Positions 26,942 to 37,139 of a stretch of DNA of 64,000 nucleotides are shown piece by piece. Each line of letters starts with the position of its first letter. The first letter of the stretch is position 1. Location of the stretch: IMG/VR virus record IMGVR_UViG_3300031847_000001; one strand, written 5' to 3'. The translations under genes were made by a program, and so were the position numbers. The notes under the pieces are model-generated. The model searched no databases. It was not told the origin of the DNA and saw only the letters and a list, made by a program, of their open reading frames with translations. Source of the DNA: an uncultured virus (IMG/VR IMGVR_UViG_3300031847_000001). Its lineage: Duplodnaviria > Heunggongvirae > Uroviricota > Caudoviricetes.

Positions 26942-27741
26942 TGCCGACAACGATTCAGAACCTTGCCATGATCCGGCGGTTACTCGACGACCCCGATCCG
27001 CATAAGCCGTCGAATCCGAAACTGTTCGAGTTCTTCGGCAATCAGGTCATGCACCACAAGACGCGCCTGCAGAACAGCGGGGCTCCGTGGGACGTGATGG
27101 ATTACCTGTTGACGGTTTCCGCCGGCACGGAAGATTACATTGTCGAGGTGGGCGACTTCGGCAAGCCGTTTCTGGTCTACACCGAAGACCAGACCGACGA
27201 ATTCCGCCCAAGGGTCGAGATACCCTTTTCGATGATCCAGAACACGGATCTCTTCTGGTCCGGGCCGCGCCAGGTCCACGCCACGAACGACAACACGAAT
27301 ACGGCCGTCGCGATGACCTTTTATCGCAAATCCGGCGGCTTTTATGCCCGAGTGACACCGATTCCAGGTGGTTCAACCTCGTACCGAATCTGGTATGAGG
27401 TCGCTCCGTCGCCGCCGGGCTCGCTCGCCAGCACGGAAGGTCTCACGCCGTTCCATCACTTGATCAGAATGCAGACGGCCCTTGCGTCTTTGCCCTATTG
27501 CGCGTGGGGCAATTTGCGCATTGACGCCGAGAAAGACAAACACGTTGATCGGTTCAAGGCGAAGGTCGGTATGCTCGCGACCGCCTTTAAAGATCAGGAA
27601 GAGAAATACGACCGCGAGTTTTCCACGTACATCGGATCTCTGATGATGTCGAGCGCCGAGGCCAGGGATGGTTTCGGCGACGAGTATATGGATGATTGGG
27701 GCTACGACGTCGGCGGCTTCGGGCCGAATTCTCTAGGTTGA
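26941..27741 (+). CDS. Putative head-tail adaptor
   Basis: Helix-beta-helix layout (IRRLLDD...AGTEDY...TPIP...FHHLI) typical of podovirus adaptors. Confidence 0.5.
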   Translation: MPTTIQNLAMIRRLLDDPDPHKPSNPKLFEFFGNQVMHHKTRLQNSGAPWDVMDYLLTVSAGTEDYIVEVGDFGKPFLVYTEDQTDEFRPRVEIPFSMIQNTDLFWSGPRQVHATNDNTNTAVAMTFYRKSGGFYARVTPIPGGSTSYRIWYEVAPSPPGSLASTEGLTPFHHLIRMQTALASLPYCAWGNLRIDAEKDKHVDRFKAKVGMLATAFKDQEEKYDREFSTYIGSLMMSSAEARDGFGDEYMDDWGYDVGGFGPNSLG

Positions 27742-27742
27742 T

Positions 27743-28243
27743 ATGCAAAATAAACCAGTTATTACCTTAGTCAACGGCCGCGTTTCCGCCGTCGCCAACG
27801 GCACCAGAACCGTTCCGCTTGAGGGCAACCTTGAGGCTTTCGCGGGATTGCAGGACTATGATTCGCTGTTGGTTTTGATCAACGTCACGGCGGCGGGAAC
27901 GGCCACGGGAACGGTGAATATCTTCATTCAGGACTCATGGGATGGTGGTACAACCTGGGATGATATGGTGGCGAGCGCGCAGTTGACGCTTGGAACCACG
28001 ACGGGCACGCAGCGTTTCTGGGTGCAAGGCCGCATCGCTCCTGCCACTCATACCACCACGACATCCACACTCTCAACTCAGGGCAGCGCAGTTTCCAACG
28101 CGGCGCTCACCGCGGCATCTGCTCGCGTAGGGCCGTTCGGCGACCGGCTGCGAGTTCGCGAGACCATCGCGGGCGCATCCGGCTCGCCCGTAGGCGCGAC
28201 CTACACAATCACCATCATCCCTTGCCGTTCGGAAAACAACTGA
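27743..28243 (+). CDS. Beta-sandwich virion protein (putative)
   Basis: LINVTAA..GTVNIFIQDSWDGGTTWDD..FGDRLRV. Confidence 0.6.
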   Translation: MQNKPVITLVNGRVSAVANGTRTVPLEGNLEAFAGLQDYDSLLVLINVTAAGTATGTVNIFIQDSWDGGTTWDDMVASAQLTLGTTTGTQRFWVQGRIAPATHTTTTSTLSTQGSAVSNAALTAASARVGPFGDRLRVRETIAGASGSPVGATYTITIIPCRSENN

Positions 28244-28563
28244 TGGACTCGATTGAATACGCAAAGGCGGCATTTCGGTATCGCGAAGAGGCGACCGGGC
28301 GTAAGTTGCCACACGATCCCGACTGGCCGAAGGTGATGCAAGAGGCAATCAAGCCCGCGCTGGCCGGCGCGCGCGGCGACACCGACCAGCAACAATGCGC
28401 TTATCAGGCGATCCGCCTGGAGGCATGGCCACAAACCAACAAACCTTGGACGAAAGCATTTCTGCCTGCGTCTATTGTTCGAGTGGTCTGGTATAGGCGA
28501 TGGTGGGCCATAGTGGTAGCCTGGTATCAATCCTTCCTGAAGCGTTTCAATGACCTCGTATAA
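28243..28563 (+). CDS. Hypothetical protein
   Basis: TGATG coupling at 28243. Confidence 0.5.
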   Translation: MDSIEYAKAAFRYREEATGRKLPHDPDWPKVMQEAIKPALAGARGDTDQQQCAYQAIRLEAWPQTNKPWTKAFLPASIVRVVWYRRWWAIVVAWYQSFLKRFNDLV

Positions 28564-28903
28564 GTTTCCGCCGAATAGTCCCGCATCAATCAGTCTCAAC
28601 GCCGCCACGGCTGCCGCCGCAGGCAGCGCCATCGCCTTCAACGACTCGCGGCAAGTTAATTGGCTTGTTGAGGGCTCCGGCACGATTAGCAGCGGGACCG
28701 TGGTCATCGAATCGGCCCACGCGTCGGATTATTCCGGAACTTGGAATGAACTCGACAGCGTGGACGCCTCGACGCTCTCCGGCGGAAAACTCTACGGAAA
28801 TACCTTTCCCCATGTGCCTGGTGGGTTTGTTCGAGCGCGGATCTCGGTTCAAATCGCGGGTGGGGGCGATGTCACGGTTCGTCTCAATGGACTTCTTGGA
28901 TAG
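28550..28903 (+). CDS. Beta-sandwich virion protein (putative)
   Basis: GTVVIESA..YSGTW..FVRARIS; similar pattern to 27743..28243. Confidence 0.6.
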   Translation: MTSYKFPPNSPASISLNAATAAAAGSAIAFNDSRQVNWLVEGSGTISSGTVVIESAHASDYSGTWNELDSVDASTLSGGKLYGNTFPHVPGGFVRARISVQIAGGGDVTVRLNGLLG

Positions 28904-28904
28904 T

Positions 28905-29654
28905 ATGAAAAAACTCCTTTATATCTTTTATTCACTCTGCGCAGTTGCGACATTGACGCTGGCTCAGGGCGCGCCGCCTCTAACGGTTCAAGAGGCGGAC
29001 GGCTCACCAAAGAAAGCGGGCGTCAGCAAGATCATTGTAAGTAACGGGACGCTTACTGTTAGCGGCACAACCGCCACGGTCACAACAGGCGGCGGGGGCA
29101 GCGCTGGCGGGGCCAATACGCAAGTTCAGTACAACAACGCTGGGGTTTTTGGCGGCATCAATACCTTTACCTACGATGGAAACCGAGTAACATTCGGCGC
29201 GAATCCGCTGTTTAATGTGGGCTCCACAGGGACGGATAACCTGATTTACGTTGGCTCAACTTCAAGCGGCGCTGTGAACGCTTCGTTCGGTTTCTTCGTC
29301 GCAGGCGTCGGTTCTCAGCAGGCGTCAGATGGCCCCTACTTCCTCGGTCGCGGTAACAGTTTTTCGAACATCGCCAACCAACACGGAATGCTTTACTTCG
29401 GCGCAGGTGATCCGGGTGTCAGCAACGGCAATGATGGAAACATCCTCTTCGCAACCGGGGCCGATGTCGTCCGGGTGACGATCAGGCGCGACGGGTATAT
29501 GCAAATGGCAGGCGTCATTCAAAGCGCCCTCGGCGGCCCGCCGGATGGGTCATTTATTTACTGCAGCGATTGCGGCATTGGTACTGATCCCTGCGCAGGC
29601 GGTGGCACTGGCGCCTTTGCATATCGCTTGAATTCGCGCTGGTACTGTCCATGA
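28905..29654 (+). CDS. Fibre/spike-like protein with N-terminal signal peptide
   Basis: MKKLLYIFYSLCAVATLTLAQ; GGANTQVQYNNAGVFGG fibre motif; Cys-rich C-terminus. Confidence 0.65.
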   Translation: MKKLLYIFYSLCAVATLTLAQGAPPLTVQEADGSPKKAGVSKIIVSNGTLTVSGTTATVTTGGGGSAGGANTQVQYNNAGVFGGINTFTYDGNRVTFGANPLFNVGSTGTDNLIYVGSTSSGAVNASFGFFVAGVGSQQASDGPYFLGRGNSFSNIANQHGMLYFGAGDPGVSNGNDGNILFATGADVVRVTIRRDGYMQMAGVIQSALGGPPDGSFIYCSDCGIGTDPCAGGGTGAFAYRLNSRWYCP

Positions 29655-30361
29655 GCTTTTCTTGGAACATAGCCAAACAAAAAGTTGCCAACGAACTTGG
29701 CGCCATCCTCGGAGCCACGGCGACGGCGGCGGACGCTGCCTATCTGGCCACAATGACGACCGGGACCGTTATTGGCCCGGACTTCACGCCCTCAATGATT
29801 GAGGATGCCTTGGCCGCCGCATTGGGGAAGATCATCGAAGCGATCGCATCCACGCCGTTGAATCCTGAGCGAGCCGGGTTCACCACGCAGACGGTCGCCT
29901 TAGCCAGCGGAGATTTGATCCCGAGGACGGACAGCGGAGGAACCAAGATAGTCGGCGTGATTGGCGCGGTGAGAGATTCGAGCGATGACGAAGTGTTGGA
30001 GATTACGGATCTGGACAAGGTGCGTAGTTTTGCCAGGCATTCGGCCACTGTCTACGAAGACTTTGACGCCTACTGGTACGCTCTGGACGGCCAACGCATC
30101 CTACATACGCGCACGGAGGTTGAGATTGACGTTTGCACGTATACGCGCCCGGCCGCTTTTTCCGGCGACGTCCCGCTGGACGACTGGCACGAAAGCGGAT
30201 TGGTCAAACTAGCAGTCGCCGAGATCGCGATGAAGGAAAGCATGTTCGCCGCGCTTTATGCGTCCGCGAGCAAGGACGGAGAGGCGCATCTGCTTGAGAT
30301 CAGGAATTACGGAAACCCAGATTGGCACGGTCGCATGCAAGCCGCACAGTCTCCCACATGA
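29651..30361 (+). CDS. Putative adaptor/virion protein
   Basis: Coupled ORF in the tail module. Confidence 0.6.
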   Translation: MSFSWNIAKQKVANELGAILGATATAADAAYLATMTTGTVIGPDFTPSMIEDALAAALGKIIEAIASTPLNPERAGFTTQTVALASGDLIPRTDSGGTKIVGVIGAVRDSSDDEVLEITDLDKVRSFARHSATVYEDFDAYWYALDGQRILHTRTEVEIDVCTYTRPAAFSGDVPLDDWHESGLVKLAVAEIAMKESMFAALYASASKDGEAHLLEIRNYGNPDWHGRMQAAQSPT

Positions 30362-30651
30362 TTACTTGGATTCGCGAGAACGCATCACTTGTCTCTTTCC
30401 TTGGTAGCGCCGTCTTAGTGATCTCGGGCGCCGCTGTCGCCAAATACCAACTTTCTGGCCTTGTGGCTCAGCAAGCCGAAGTCCAAAACCACATACACGA
30501 CACTACGCGCCACCTTGATCCGCAGCGGGACGCGGAGGAGAAGAGGCGATTGATTGAGCGGATTGAGAAGTTGGAAGAGCGGCAAGAGAGAGCGGAGAGA
30601 CGGCGAGCGTGGACAGGCGAACAGTTGCGACGAAGGGGTGATAGACGATGA
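30358..30651 (+). CDS. Single-TM coiled-coil protein
   Basis: MITWIRENASLVSFLGSAVLVISG.. then charged heptads. Confidence 0.55.
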   Translation: MITWIRENASLVSFLGSAVLVISGAAVAKYQLSGLVAQQAEVQNHIHDTTRHLDPQRDAEEKRRLIERIEKLEERQERAERRRAWTGEQLRRRGDRR

Positions 30652-31232
30652 CGAAGAATCAGCTCGTTGAGCGAGCGAAACGCCGACTCAACGCAGGCGC
30701 AGCCCAGCCTCACGTCTGGCCTGAGAGCGAGATCGAGCTGGCCGCCTGTGTCAACGATGCCATGCACGAACTGTCTATGGCCGTGATGCGCGATGACGCG
30801 CGCCGCTCACTGCTTCAACAGGATTACACCGTCACGCTCGACGCCAACGGCGAGAGCACGGATTTGATGACCACCGCTGGCAGTATTACTGCTGAGGCTG
30901 GCGAGATCATGCTTGAAGGTATCTATTTCGGTCTTGTTCGCGACCTCAACAATGATGTCCTTGAGCCAGTTTTCCACTACCGCGATTTTGTCAGTCCGCA
31001 ACCCACGGTTTATCCCCGCTATCTCCTGAAGAACCAAATAATCGCAACCTGCGCGAAAGATATTGACGTGAACGGCCCAGCGGATATTCAGGGGGCGAGT
31101 GGACCGATCACAATCACCGCAAGTTACACGCCTAAGAACGTTGACGATGTTCCGCTTGAGATAGAAGACGATTTAGTTGCCCATTTGTGCCAAGTGGTCC
31201 TCCGTAAACTTCCTGCCAATGCCAACGCCTGA
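30648..31232 (+). CDS. Putative adaptor protein
   Basis: MTKNQLVERAKRRL...CVNDAMHEL, adaptor-like N-terminus. Confidence 0.55.
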   Translation: MTKNQLVERAKRRLNAGAAQPHVWPESEIELAACVNDAMHELSMAVMRDDARRSLLQQDYTVTLDANGESTDLMTTAGSITAEAGEIMLEGIYFGLVRDLNNDVLEPVFHYRDFVSPQPTVYPRYLLKNQIIATCAKDIDVNGPADIQGASGPITITASYTPKNVDDVPLEIEDDLVAHLCQVVLRKLPANANA

Positions 31233-33204
31233 TCAGCTCGCCTCTCTTGATGTAGATTTCAGTGGCGGATATTTTCCGTCTGCGCAAAATCTGTCTCCCG
31301 AAGAATTGCAGCGCACTATAAAGGCGGGCTCGAATGTCTTGCTGCGGGCAAAGGGGAAGCTCAAAGTAGCGAATGGACTGCTTGAATTGTCCTCTACGAA
31401 TGTAGGGGCGAGGATATTCCCCGCTGATATTCAGAGGGCGGTGATTGCAGGGGGATTGGTAGGCGATCGTTTACCCTACGCTGGCTTTTTGCGCTATGAA
31501 AACGCGGTGTTGCTCTTTCTCTCGGAAAATACTTCCGCGCAAGTTTATCTTGATGAGGTGGCGGTATCGGGTTTAACCACTTCTTCCACAGCGGGACGAC
31601 TGAGAGTCGCGGTCCCTGACGGAGTAGGTGGATACAACGTATTTGACGCGGGTTTCGACAAGCCGGATTTACCCTCTGCGTCTGTGACCGTGGTGAACTC
31701 GCCCGGACTCAAGAACATGACTGGTCAAATCGGCGTAGCCCTGGCGCCCTGGCGCAGTACAACGAACGCATGGGGGCCGCCGAGCAATACCCACCTGAGA
31801 ACTTGCACACCAGCCACGCTGGATATTTTGAGAATAGTCCTCCCGACCGCGGTCAGCGGGCAAGATGGGTGGATATTCTGCGGAACGCGATGGAACGATC
31901 AGAGTGCGGAATTGCAGATTGTTAGATATGTTCGTATTCAGCCACGCGGGACTTTCAGGCTGGAGAACGGATCTTCGAACATCACGGCAGGCGTTGGCAC
32001 GCGGTTTACGCAGGATTTAGCTCGCGGTGATCAGTTCATAACTGACGGCATAGCCAACGACGTTACTACTGTCACCTCCGACACCACGGCCACTATTCTG
32101 ACGCCCTGGGCCGGCGCGACCGGCGACGGCAAGATCATGACCCTCACGTCGGCGGCCGGCGACTGGTTTAACTCTGAGCTTTTAGGCGTAATTTCCCGCG
32201 ATACCCAGAGACTGCCAAGGGCGGCAGGGATTCTGCAATATGCTGGCCGCGTGTTCGGGTGGGGGATCGCGGACCCAGATTCCACAGGGCTATCTACAGC
32301 CGCCACTGGTAACGTCTTGGCTGTGATGCGGGATGATAATCCCGAGCATGTCTCTCTACTTCGCATCCGCACGGCCTCGGGCAGCGATCTAGTCAACGTC
32401 CTCGGTGGCGATGGCCCACTCTACTTAATGACAACAACCTCTCTCGAAGTGGCGAGCTTCGGCGGCAAGCAAGACGCGCCTTATACCGTGCGTGTCGTTG
32501 CGGAGCCGGGTTTTCAGGCGTCAACGAATGGATGCCTGTACAAGGATTATTTCTACGGTTACTCCAATAAACCGCTACGGACTCGGGCCGAAGACAACAT
32601 CGACGTTGAGTTTGGCGAGCCGGTATGGGAAGACATGGCGGATTGGAATGGTGAGCGGGTGGTTGTTACAGTTGATCCAGACAACGCGGCCGTTTTATAC
32701 GTCCATGATAATGGTTCTACGTCAGAGGTAATTCCCTGGATGACCCAGTTTGAGCAGTGGGGGCCGCCGTTAAACTTCTCAGCAAGGATAATTGACGCAG
32801 CCGTGGTGAATGGAACGCTGTATGTGACTTATTTGGATGGTGGTAATTATCGCGTTAATCAATGGGAAGGCGGGGCGGGGATCGGTGGGACAAGATACGC
32901 GGCGAGCCAGTATTACGACCCGCAGATGTTGCAATCCAGCAGGATTAAAAGTCTTATTCCGGTCGGGAAACTGGGAAGTGTGAGCGTATATACAGCCACA
33001 CCCGACGCCGCGGTGCCTGATGTAAGCGATTTGGCTCAGGCCGCCGCGACATTCCCGCTCTCGGACACAGCCAACAAGCGCGAACCAGCCATTAAGACGA
33101 ACATTCGCGGCGACGCGCACGCTTTCCGTGTGGATTTCGCCAGCGATGACGGCACATTCGATAAACTAATAGTGCGCGGACGGCAGGTGGGCGAGGATAA
33201 ATAG
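31219..33204 (+). CDS. Putative tail nozzle/stabilisation protein (P22 gp10-like)
   Basis: About 660 aa, beta-rich, DFSGG N-terminus, position after adaptors. Confidence 0.55.
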   Translation: MPTPDQLASLDVDFSGGYFPSAQNLSPEELQRTIKAGSNVLLRAKGKLKVANGLLELSSTNVGARIFPADIQRAVIAGGLVGDRLPYAGFLRYENAVLLFLSENTSAQVYLDEVAVSGLTTSSTAGRLRVAVPDGVGGYNVFDAGFDKPDLPSASVTVVNSPGLKNMTGQIGVALAPWRSTTNAWGPPSNTHLRTCTPATLDILRIVLPTAVSGQDGWIFCGTRWNDQSAELQIVRYVRIQPRGTFRLENGSSNITAGVGTRFTQDLARGDQFITDGIANDVTTVTSDTTATILTPWAGATGDGKIMTLTSAAGDWFNSELLGVISRDTQRLPRAAGILQYAGRVFGWGIADPDSTGLSTAATGNVLAVMRDDNPEHVSLLRIRTASGSDLVNVLGGDGPLYLMTTTSLEVASFGGKQDAPYTVRVVAEPGFQASTNGCLYKDYFYGYSNKPLRTRAEDNIDVEFGEPVWEDMADWNGERVVVTVDPDNAAVLYVHDNGSTSEVIPWMTQFEQWGPPLNFSARIIDAAVVNGTLYVTYLDGGNYRVNQWEGGAGIGGTRYAASQYYDPQMLQSSRIKSLIPVGKLGSVSVYTATPDAAVPDVSDLAQAAATFPLSDTANKREPAIKTNIRGDAHAFRVDFASDDGTFDKLIVRGRQVGEDK

Positions 33205-33662
33205 TGGCGCGCTTTATTGAGACTGACGGCCGATTCGTCTTTGATGTAGACATTGTTGGTGGGGGTGACGGTGGCGATGGTGGCATCAACGAGAATCAGC
33301 TTAACCAGATAAGCAATGCGCTGTCAGCCGCCTCGCCTGACATTCTCGATCAGGTAACGATACCGCCGCTTGCCGCCACGGCGAATGATTTGTCTCTTCC
33401 GGAGGGCCTTAGCTTCCGGCTCTCCACGTCCGGCGGCGCGCAGATTATCACGGGCTTTGCCAATGTAAAGGCCGGGCGGCAAGTGTTTATTCTTAACTTT
33501 GGCGCGAACAATATCACTCTCAACAACCAAGACGCGGGATCATTGGCGCAGAATAGGATTATCACCGGGACCGGCGCGGCGGTAGCCATTCAGCCCGATC
33601 GCTCGGCGTTGCTGGTATATGACGGGACTACGGTGAGATGGAGATTAATTGCGTTCACTTAG
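33204..33662 (+). CDS. Virion protein (fibre-tip-like domain)
   Basis: ITGF..GRQVFILN..ITL..NRI..LVYDGTTVRW. Confidence 0.6.
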   Translation: MARFIETDGRFVFDVDIVGGGDGGDGGINENQLNQISNALSAASPDILDQVTIPPLAATANDLSLPEGLSFRLSTSGGAQIITGFANVKAGRQVFILNFGANNITLNNQDAGSLAQNRIITGTGAAVAIQPDRSALLVYDGTTVRWRLIAFT

Positions 33663-34110
33663 TCTGGAACCGCTACAACCCAGCCAGTACCGCCAGGTTG
33701 CTGAATGGGAGTTTGGGCCTCAAGGTGAAGACACGGACTGGGACAGGTACATGTCTGAAATGAATGCGTCACAGTGGGCGCATTTCGCTTTATATAGCCA
33801 CGCTGAGTTTGTCGGATGTGTAAGCCTGGAGAAGATTGACCGGCACATGGTGGCCTATCACGTCGTCACGGGCCGCCACAAGGTAAACCCGCGCGCCCTG
33901 GCTCAGTCTCTACTCAAGATGGCGGGCGAGTTGTTCACCTCGGGGTATCTGGCTCTTGTGGCGCGGATTCCAGTCGACAACGTGGCGGCGGCGAGGCTGG
34001 CAATCCGCTCAGGCATGAGGGAATGGGGACATACCCCGGAGATTCGCTATTTCATGCTTACGAAATCGAGGTATTTAAAAAAATGGGATCATCAAAGCCA
34101 CAGCCTGTAA
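33649..34110 (+). CDS. GNAT-fold acetyltransferase-like protein
   Basis: FVGCVSL...ARIPVDNVAAARLAIRSGM..G; usual position before ejection proteins. Confidence 0.6.
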   Translation: MRSLSLEPLQPSQYRQVAEWEFGPQGEDTDWDRYMSEMNASQWAHFALYSHAEFVGCVSLEKIDRHMVAYHVVTGRHKVNPRALAQSLLKMAGELFTSGYLALVARIPVDNVAAARLAIRSGMREWGHTPEIRYFMLTKSRYLKKWDHQSHSL

Positions 34111-34649
34111 AAGCGCCATTTGAGCAGCAGCAGCAGCAGCAGGGATCGTTTAGCCGGTCTTACACGCCGTACTCGATCGCTGAGACGCCGCTTGGGCAGG
34201 AGTTTAAAAACGCCAAACTCGACTACGGCGATGAGACGAATGTTGATCCCGGTGTGGCGAGAAGGACGGCACTGGCTGAGCAGGAAGAAGAAAACCGCTC
34301 CGATTCGGCATTCAATTTTGGCGTTCCGCGCTTTATTCGAGACGCGAACCGCTCCAAAAACCTGCGTGATATACGCTCTGAGGGCGCATACCAGTCGCAG
34401 GCCGCCGAATATGCGAACCAGCAGGGCAACAATCAGCGGCGAGGGATGGCGACTCAGGCCAACGTGGCGCGCCTTGAGCGTCTATTGCCGCAGCTTCTCG
34501 AAACAAGCGGGACTTCGACGGGAACGGGCGCGTCGAGTGGATACAACACCCAGATAGTTCAGCCGCAGCCCGGGTTCTTGCAAAGATTGGCGGTGGCAGG
34601 CGTCGGTGGCGCCTCAAGCGCACTTCGGTTCGGGTCAGGTGGAGGTTAA
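34083..34649 (+). CDS. Putative ejection (internal virion) protein
   Basis: MGSSKPQ start, Q/S/G-rich, C-terminal Gly/Ala hydrophobic patch. Confidence 0.55.
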   Translation: MGSSKPQPVKAPFEQQQQQQGSFSRSYTPYSIAETPLGQEFKNAKLDYGDETNVDPGVARRTALAEQEEENRSDSAFNFGVPRFIRDANRSKNLRDIRSEGAYQSQAAEYANQQGNNQRRGMATQANVARLERLLPQLLETSGTSTGTGASSGYNTQIVQPQPGFLQRLAVAGVGGASSALRFGSGGG

Positions 34650-34653
34650 TCCG

Positions 34654-37098
34654 ATGAAGAAATTTCTCTTTTTATTGTTCCTATTTGTTACTTTCACGGC
34701 GCCGGCTCAAGCGACAGACGTTACGATCAGCGCCGTCACGATTGATGGTTTCAACCCGTCCAACATCGGCAACGATCGTCCGATTGCCGTGTCAGCCGCT
34801 GGCGGTAGCCCGACGGTCACGTCCGCCGCCCTGTTTCCGACAGCGATAGTCGGCCTGGGCGGCTTTACCGTTCGGATTGACGGCGCGAATTACACTGTTG
34901 CCTCGGTTGCCTCGACCTCGAGCCTGACGCTGACGACGAACTATGCGGGCACGCCTGGCGCGCAGACGATGACGCTATTCAGGTATGCCCTGATGCGCGT
35001 CTATGCTGATAAGGCATTTCAGCCACTGGGTGATACCCAGATAGTTCAGGCTGGCGCGGTAGGGACTGGCGCATTTTTCAGGCAGTTCGCGGCTTCGGTG
35101 GTCAACGATGGCTCGACGAACCAGTTGCTCATCCCTGAGATCGTGTTGCCGGCGACGACCGACGCGTTGATCACCAACACGGCGCGGTACAGTTTCCCGC
35201 TCTATACTCCCGGTGGCTCGCAAATTCAGTTCTTTTTCTGTCCGTCTTCTCTCTCTCAGCTCAGACTTGCGCCTGCGACCCCGACGACGTGGGTCGCGAT
35301 CTGCCAATTCAATTCACCGCCCGCGATTGTTCCACCGGCGAATGAAGCCTATACAAAGGCTGCGATTGATGCTCGCTTTCCATCCTGCACGCTTAACAAT
35401 GGCGTTTACTATTCAGCGGCTGGAAATATCCTCTCTTGCCTAACGTTCGGATCGGGTCTGACGCTGGCTGGCGGCACTCTCACGGCATCAGCCGGCGGTA
35501 GCGGGTATGCGACGATTCAGGAGGAGGGTGTATCGCTCACTCAGCGTGGGATACTGAACTTTATAGGGGCGGCTGGTACTGGGGCGGATGACGCTGGCAA
35601 TACCCGCACAAATTTCTCTTTTGACTCTGACCTGAACGCCCTGGCGTCAATCGCTGGGACCGGCTTTTCTGCCCGTACAGCCGCCGATACCTGGCTACTT
35701 CGGACATTCACAGCTCCGGCGGCTGGCTTCACAATAACAAATCCCGCTGGGGTGGCTGGTGACCCCACCTTCGTGCTGGCTGACGATCTGGCCGGACTGG
35801 AAGGATTAGGCACAACCGGCATTGCCACGCGTACGGCAGCCAGCACCTGGACGACTCGGACCATAACAGGGACCGCCAACGAGATCACCGCCACGAATGG
35901 ATCTGGCGTGGCTGGCAATCCCACGCTAAGCCTACCGACCGCGTTGACGTTTTCGGGTAAGACAGTCACAGGTGGGACATTCTCGTCTCCCACTATTAAT
36001 TCGCCCACCATCGCCACGCCGACGATTACGACCCCGACCATAACAGGTGGGACGCATACCGCAATCACCGGCCTCGGGATTCGCTCGACCGGCTCCGGCG
36101 CCTTCGATTTACAACTCGTCAACACCGAAAACCTGACGGCGAATCGTGCGCTCACGCTCACGCTTGGCAACGCAGCGAGGACGCTTTCCCTCGGCGGCAA
36201 CCTGACGACCGCCTCAACTTTCACCACGTCAGGCGCGAACGCGCTCACGCTGACGACCACTGGGTCAACCAACGTCACTCTGCCTACGACTGGCACTCTT
36301 GCGGCGTCGGGCAATAATCTTAGTTTCTTTTCGCCCACCACGTCGGCGCAGCTCGCCGGCAACATATCCGATGAAACCGGCACCGGACTACTGGTATTCG
36401 GGACAAGCCCTAGACTTGCCACTTCGATACTTGATACCAATGGCAACGAGTTTTTCACCCTCAACGCCACAGGCTCGGCTGTCAACGAAATCGCGATCAC
36501 GAACGCCGCGACTGGGACCGGGCCGACAATTGCCGTTAGTGGCGGGGACTCAAATCCGAATCTCAATATCAACGCCAAGGGTACAGGCCGAGTCGTAATC
36601 AAAGGCTACCCCTACACCCTCGAAGTAAACACTACCGCTGTCGGCAACGTCGGGACGGGCCTTGATAACCTGCAATCCTACTCCCTGCCGGCTGCCAGTC
36701 TTGCCGCGACCAATGATTACCTAAAAGTCACTTACGCCGGGACGCTTGGCGCGAACGATGACAATAAGCGCATCGTGATCACCTTCGACGGCCAGACAGT
36801 GGAAGACACGGGTTTGATCGACCTCGACGGCCAGGGCTGGAAGGCGACAGTTGAATATACGCGCCTTTCCGCGACTTCAGTGCTGGCTACTGCGGGGATT
36901 TGGATAGGCTATTTACAGTTTGACAGCGCCGGGGTAAGCGCCGGCTCGGGCGGGAGGTATATATCCAGGATTACTACGCTTACGGTGGCGAATTTGACCA
37001 CAAACGCAGTGACGCTGCTCGTCGCCGCTGAATCCGCCGCGGCCACCAATAACAACATAGTTCAGTCGGCGAGCTTCGTTGAGCTTGTGCAGAGATAA
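34654..37098 (+). CDS. Tail fibre-like protein with N-terminal signal peptide
   Basis: MKKFLFLLFLFVTFTAPAQA; T/G/A-rich repeats (RT..TW..RT, ITNxxGVAGxPT, ISDETGTG..VF). Confidence 0.7.
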   Translation: MKKFLFLLFLFVTFTAPAQATDVTISAVTIDGFNPSNIGNDRPIAVSAAGGSPTVTSAALFPTAIVGLGGFTVRIDGANYTVASVASTSSLTLTTNYAGTPGAQTMTLFRYALMRVYADKAFQPLGDTQIVQAGAVGTGAFFRQFAASVVNDGSTNQLLIPEIVLPATTDALITNTARYSFPLYTPGGSQIQFFFCPSSLSQLRLAPATPTTWVAICQFNSPPAIVPPANEAYTKAAIDARFPSCTLNNGVYYSAAGNILSCLTFGSGLTLAGGTLTASAGGSGYATIQEEGVSLTQRGILNFIGAAGTGADDAGNTRTNFSFDSDLNALASIAGTGFSARTAADTWLLRTFTAPAAGFTITNPAGVAGDPTFVLADDLAGLEGLGTTGIATRTAASTWTTRTITGTANEITATNGSGVAGNPTLSLPTALTFSGKTVTGGTFSSPTINSPTIATPTITTPTITGGTHTAITGLGIRSTGSGAFDLQLVNTENLTANRALTLTLGNAARTLSLGGNLTTASTFTTSGANALTLTTTGSTNVTLPTTGTLAASGNNLSFFSPTTSAQLAGNISDETGTGLLVFGTSPRLATSILDTNGNEFFTLNATGSAVNEIAITNAATGTGPTIAVSGGDSNPNLNINAKGTGRVVIKGYPYTLEVNTTAVGNVGTGLDNLQSYSLPAASLAATNDYLKVTYAGTLGANDDNKRIVITFDGQTVEDTGLIDLDGQGWKATVEYTRLSATSVLATAGIWIGYLQFDSAGVSAGSGGRYISRITTLTVANLTTNAVTLLVAAESAAATNNNIVQSASFVELVQR

Positions 37099-37139
37099 TT
37101 TCTTGGATCAATGAAAACTCTTGTTCGTATACTGTGGCT

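Noticed and set aside
35541..36602. Long antisense ORFs (e.g. 35541..36602, 41238..42113, 26192..26950)
   Set aside because: Shadows of GC-rich coding genes on the opposite strand, with no SD or motifs
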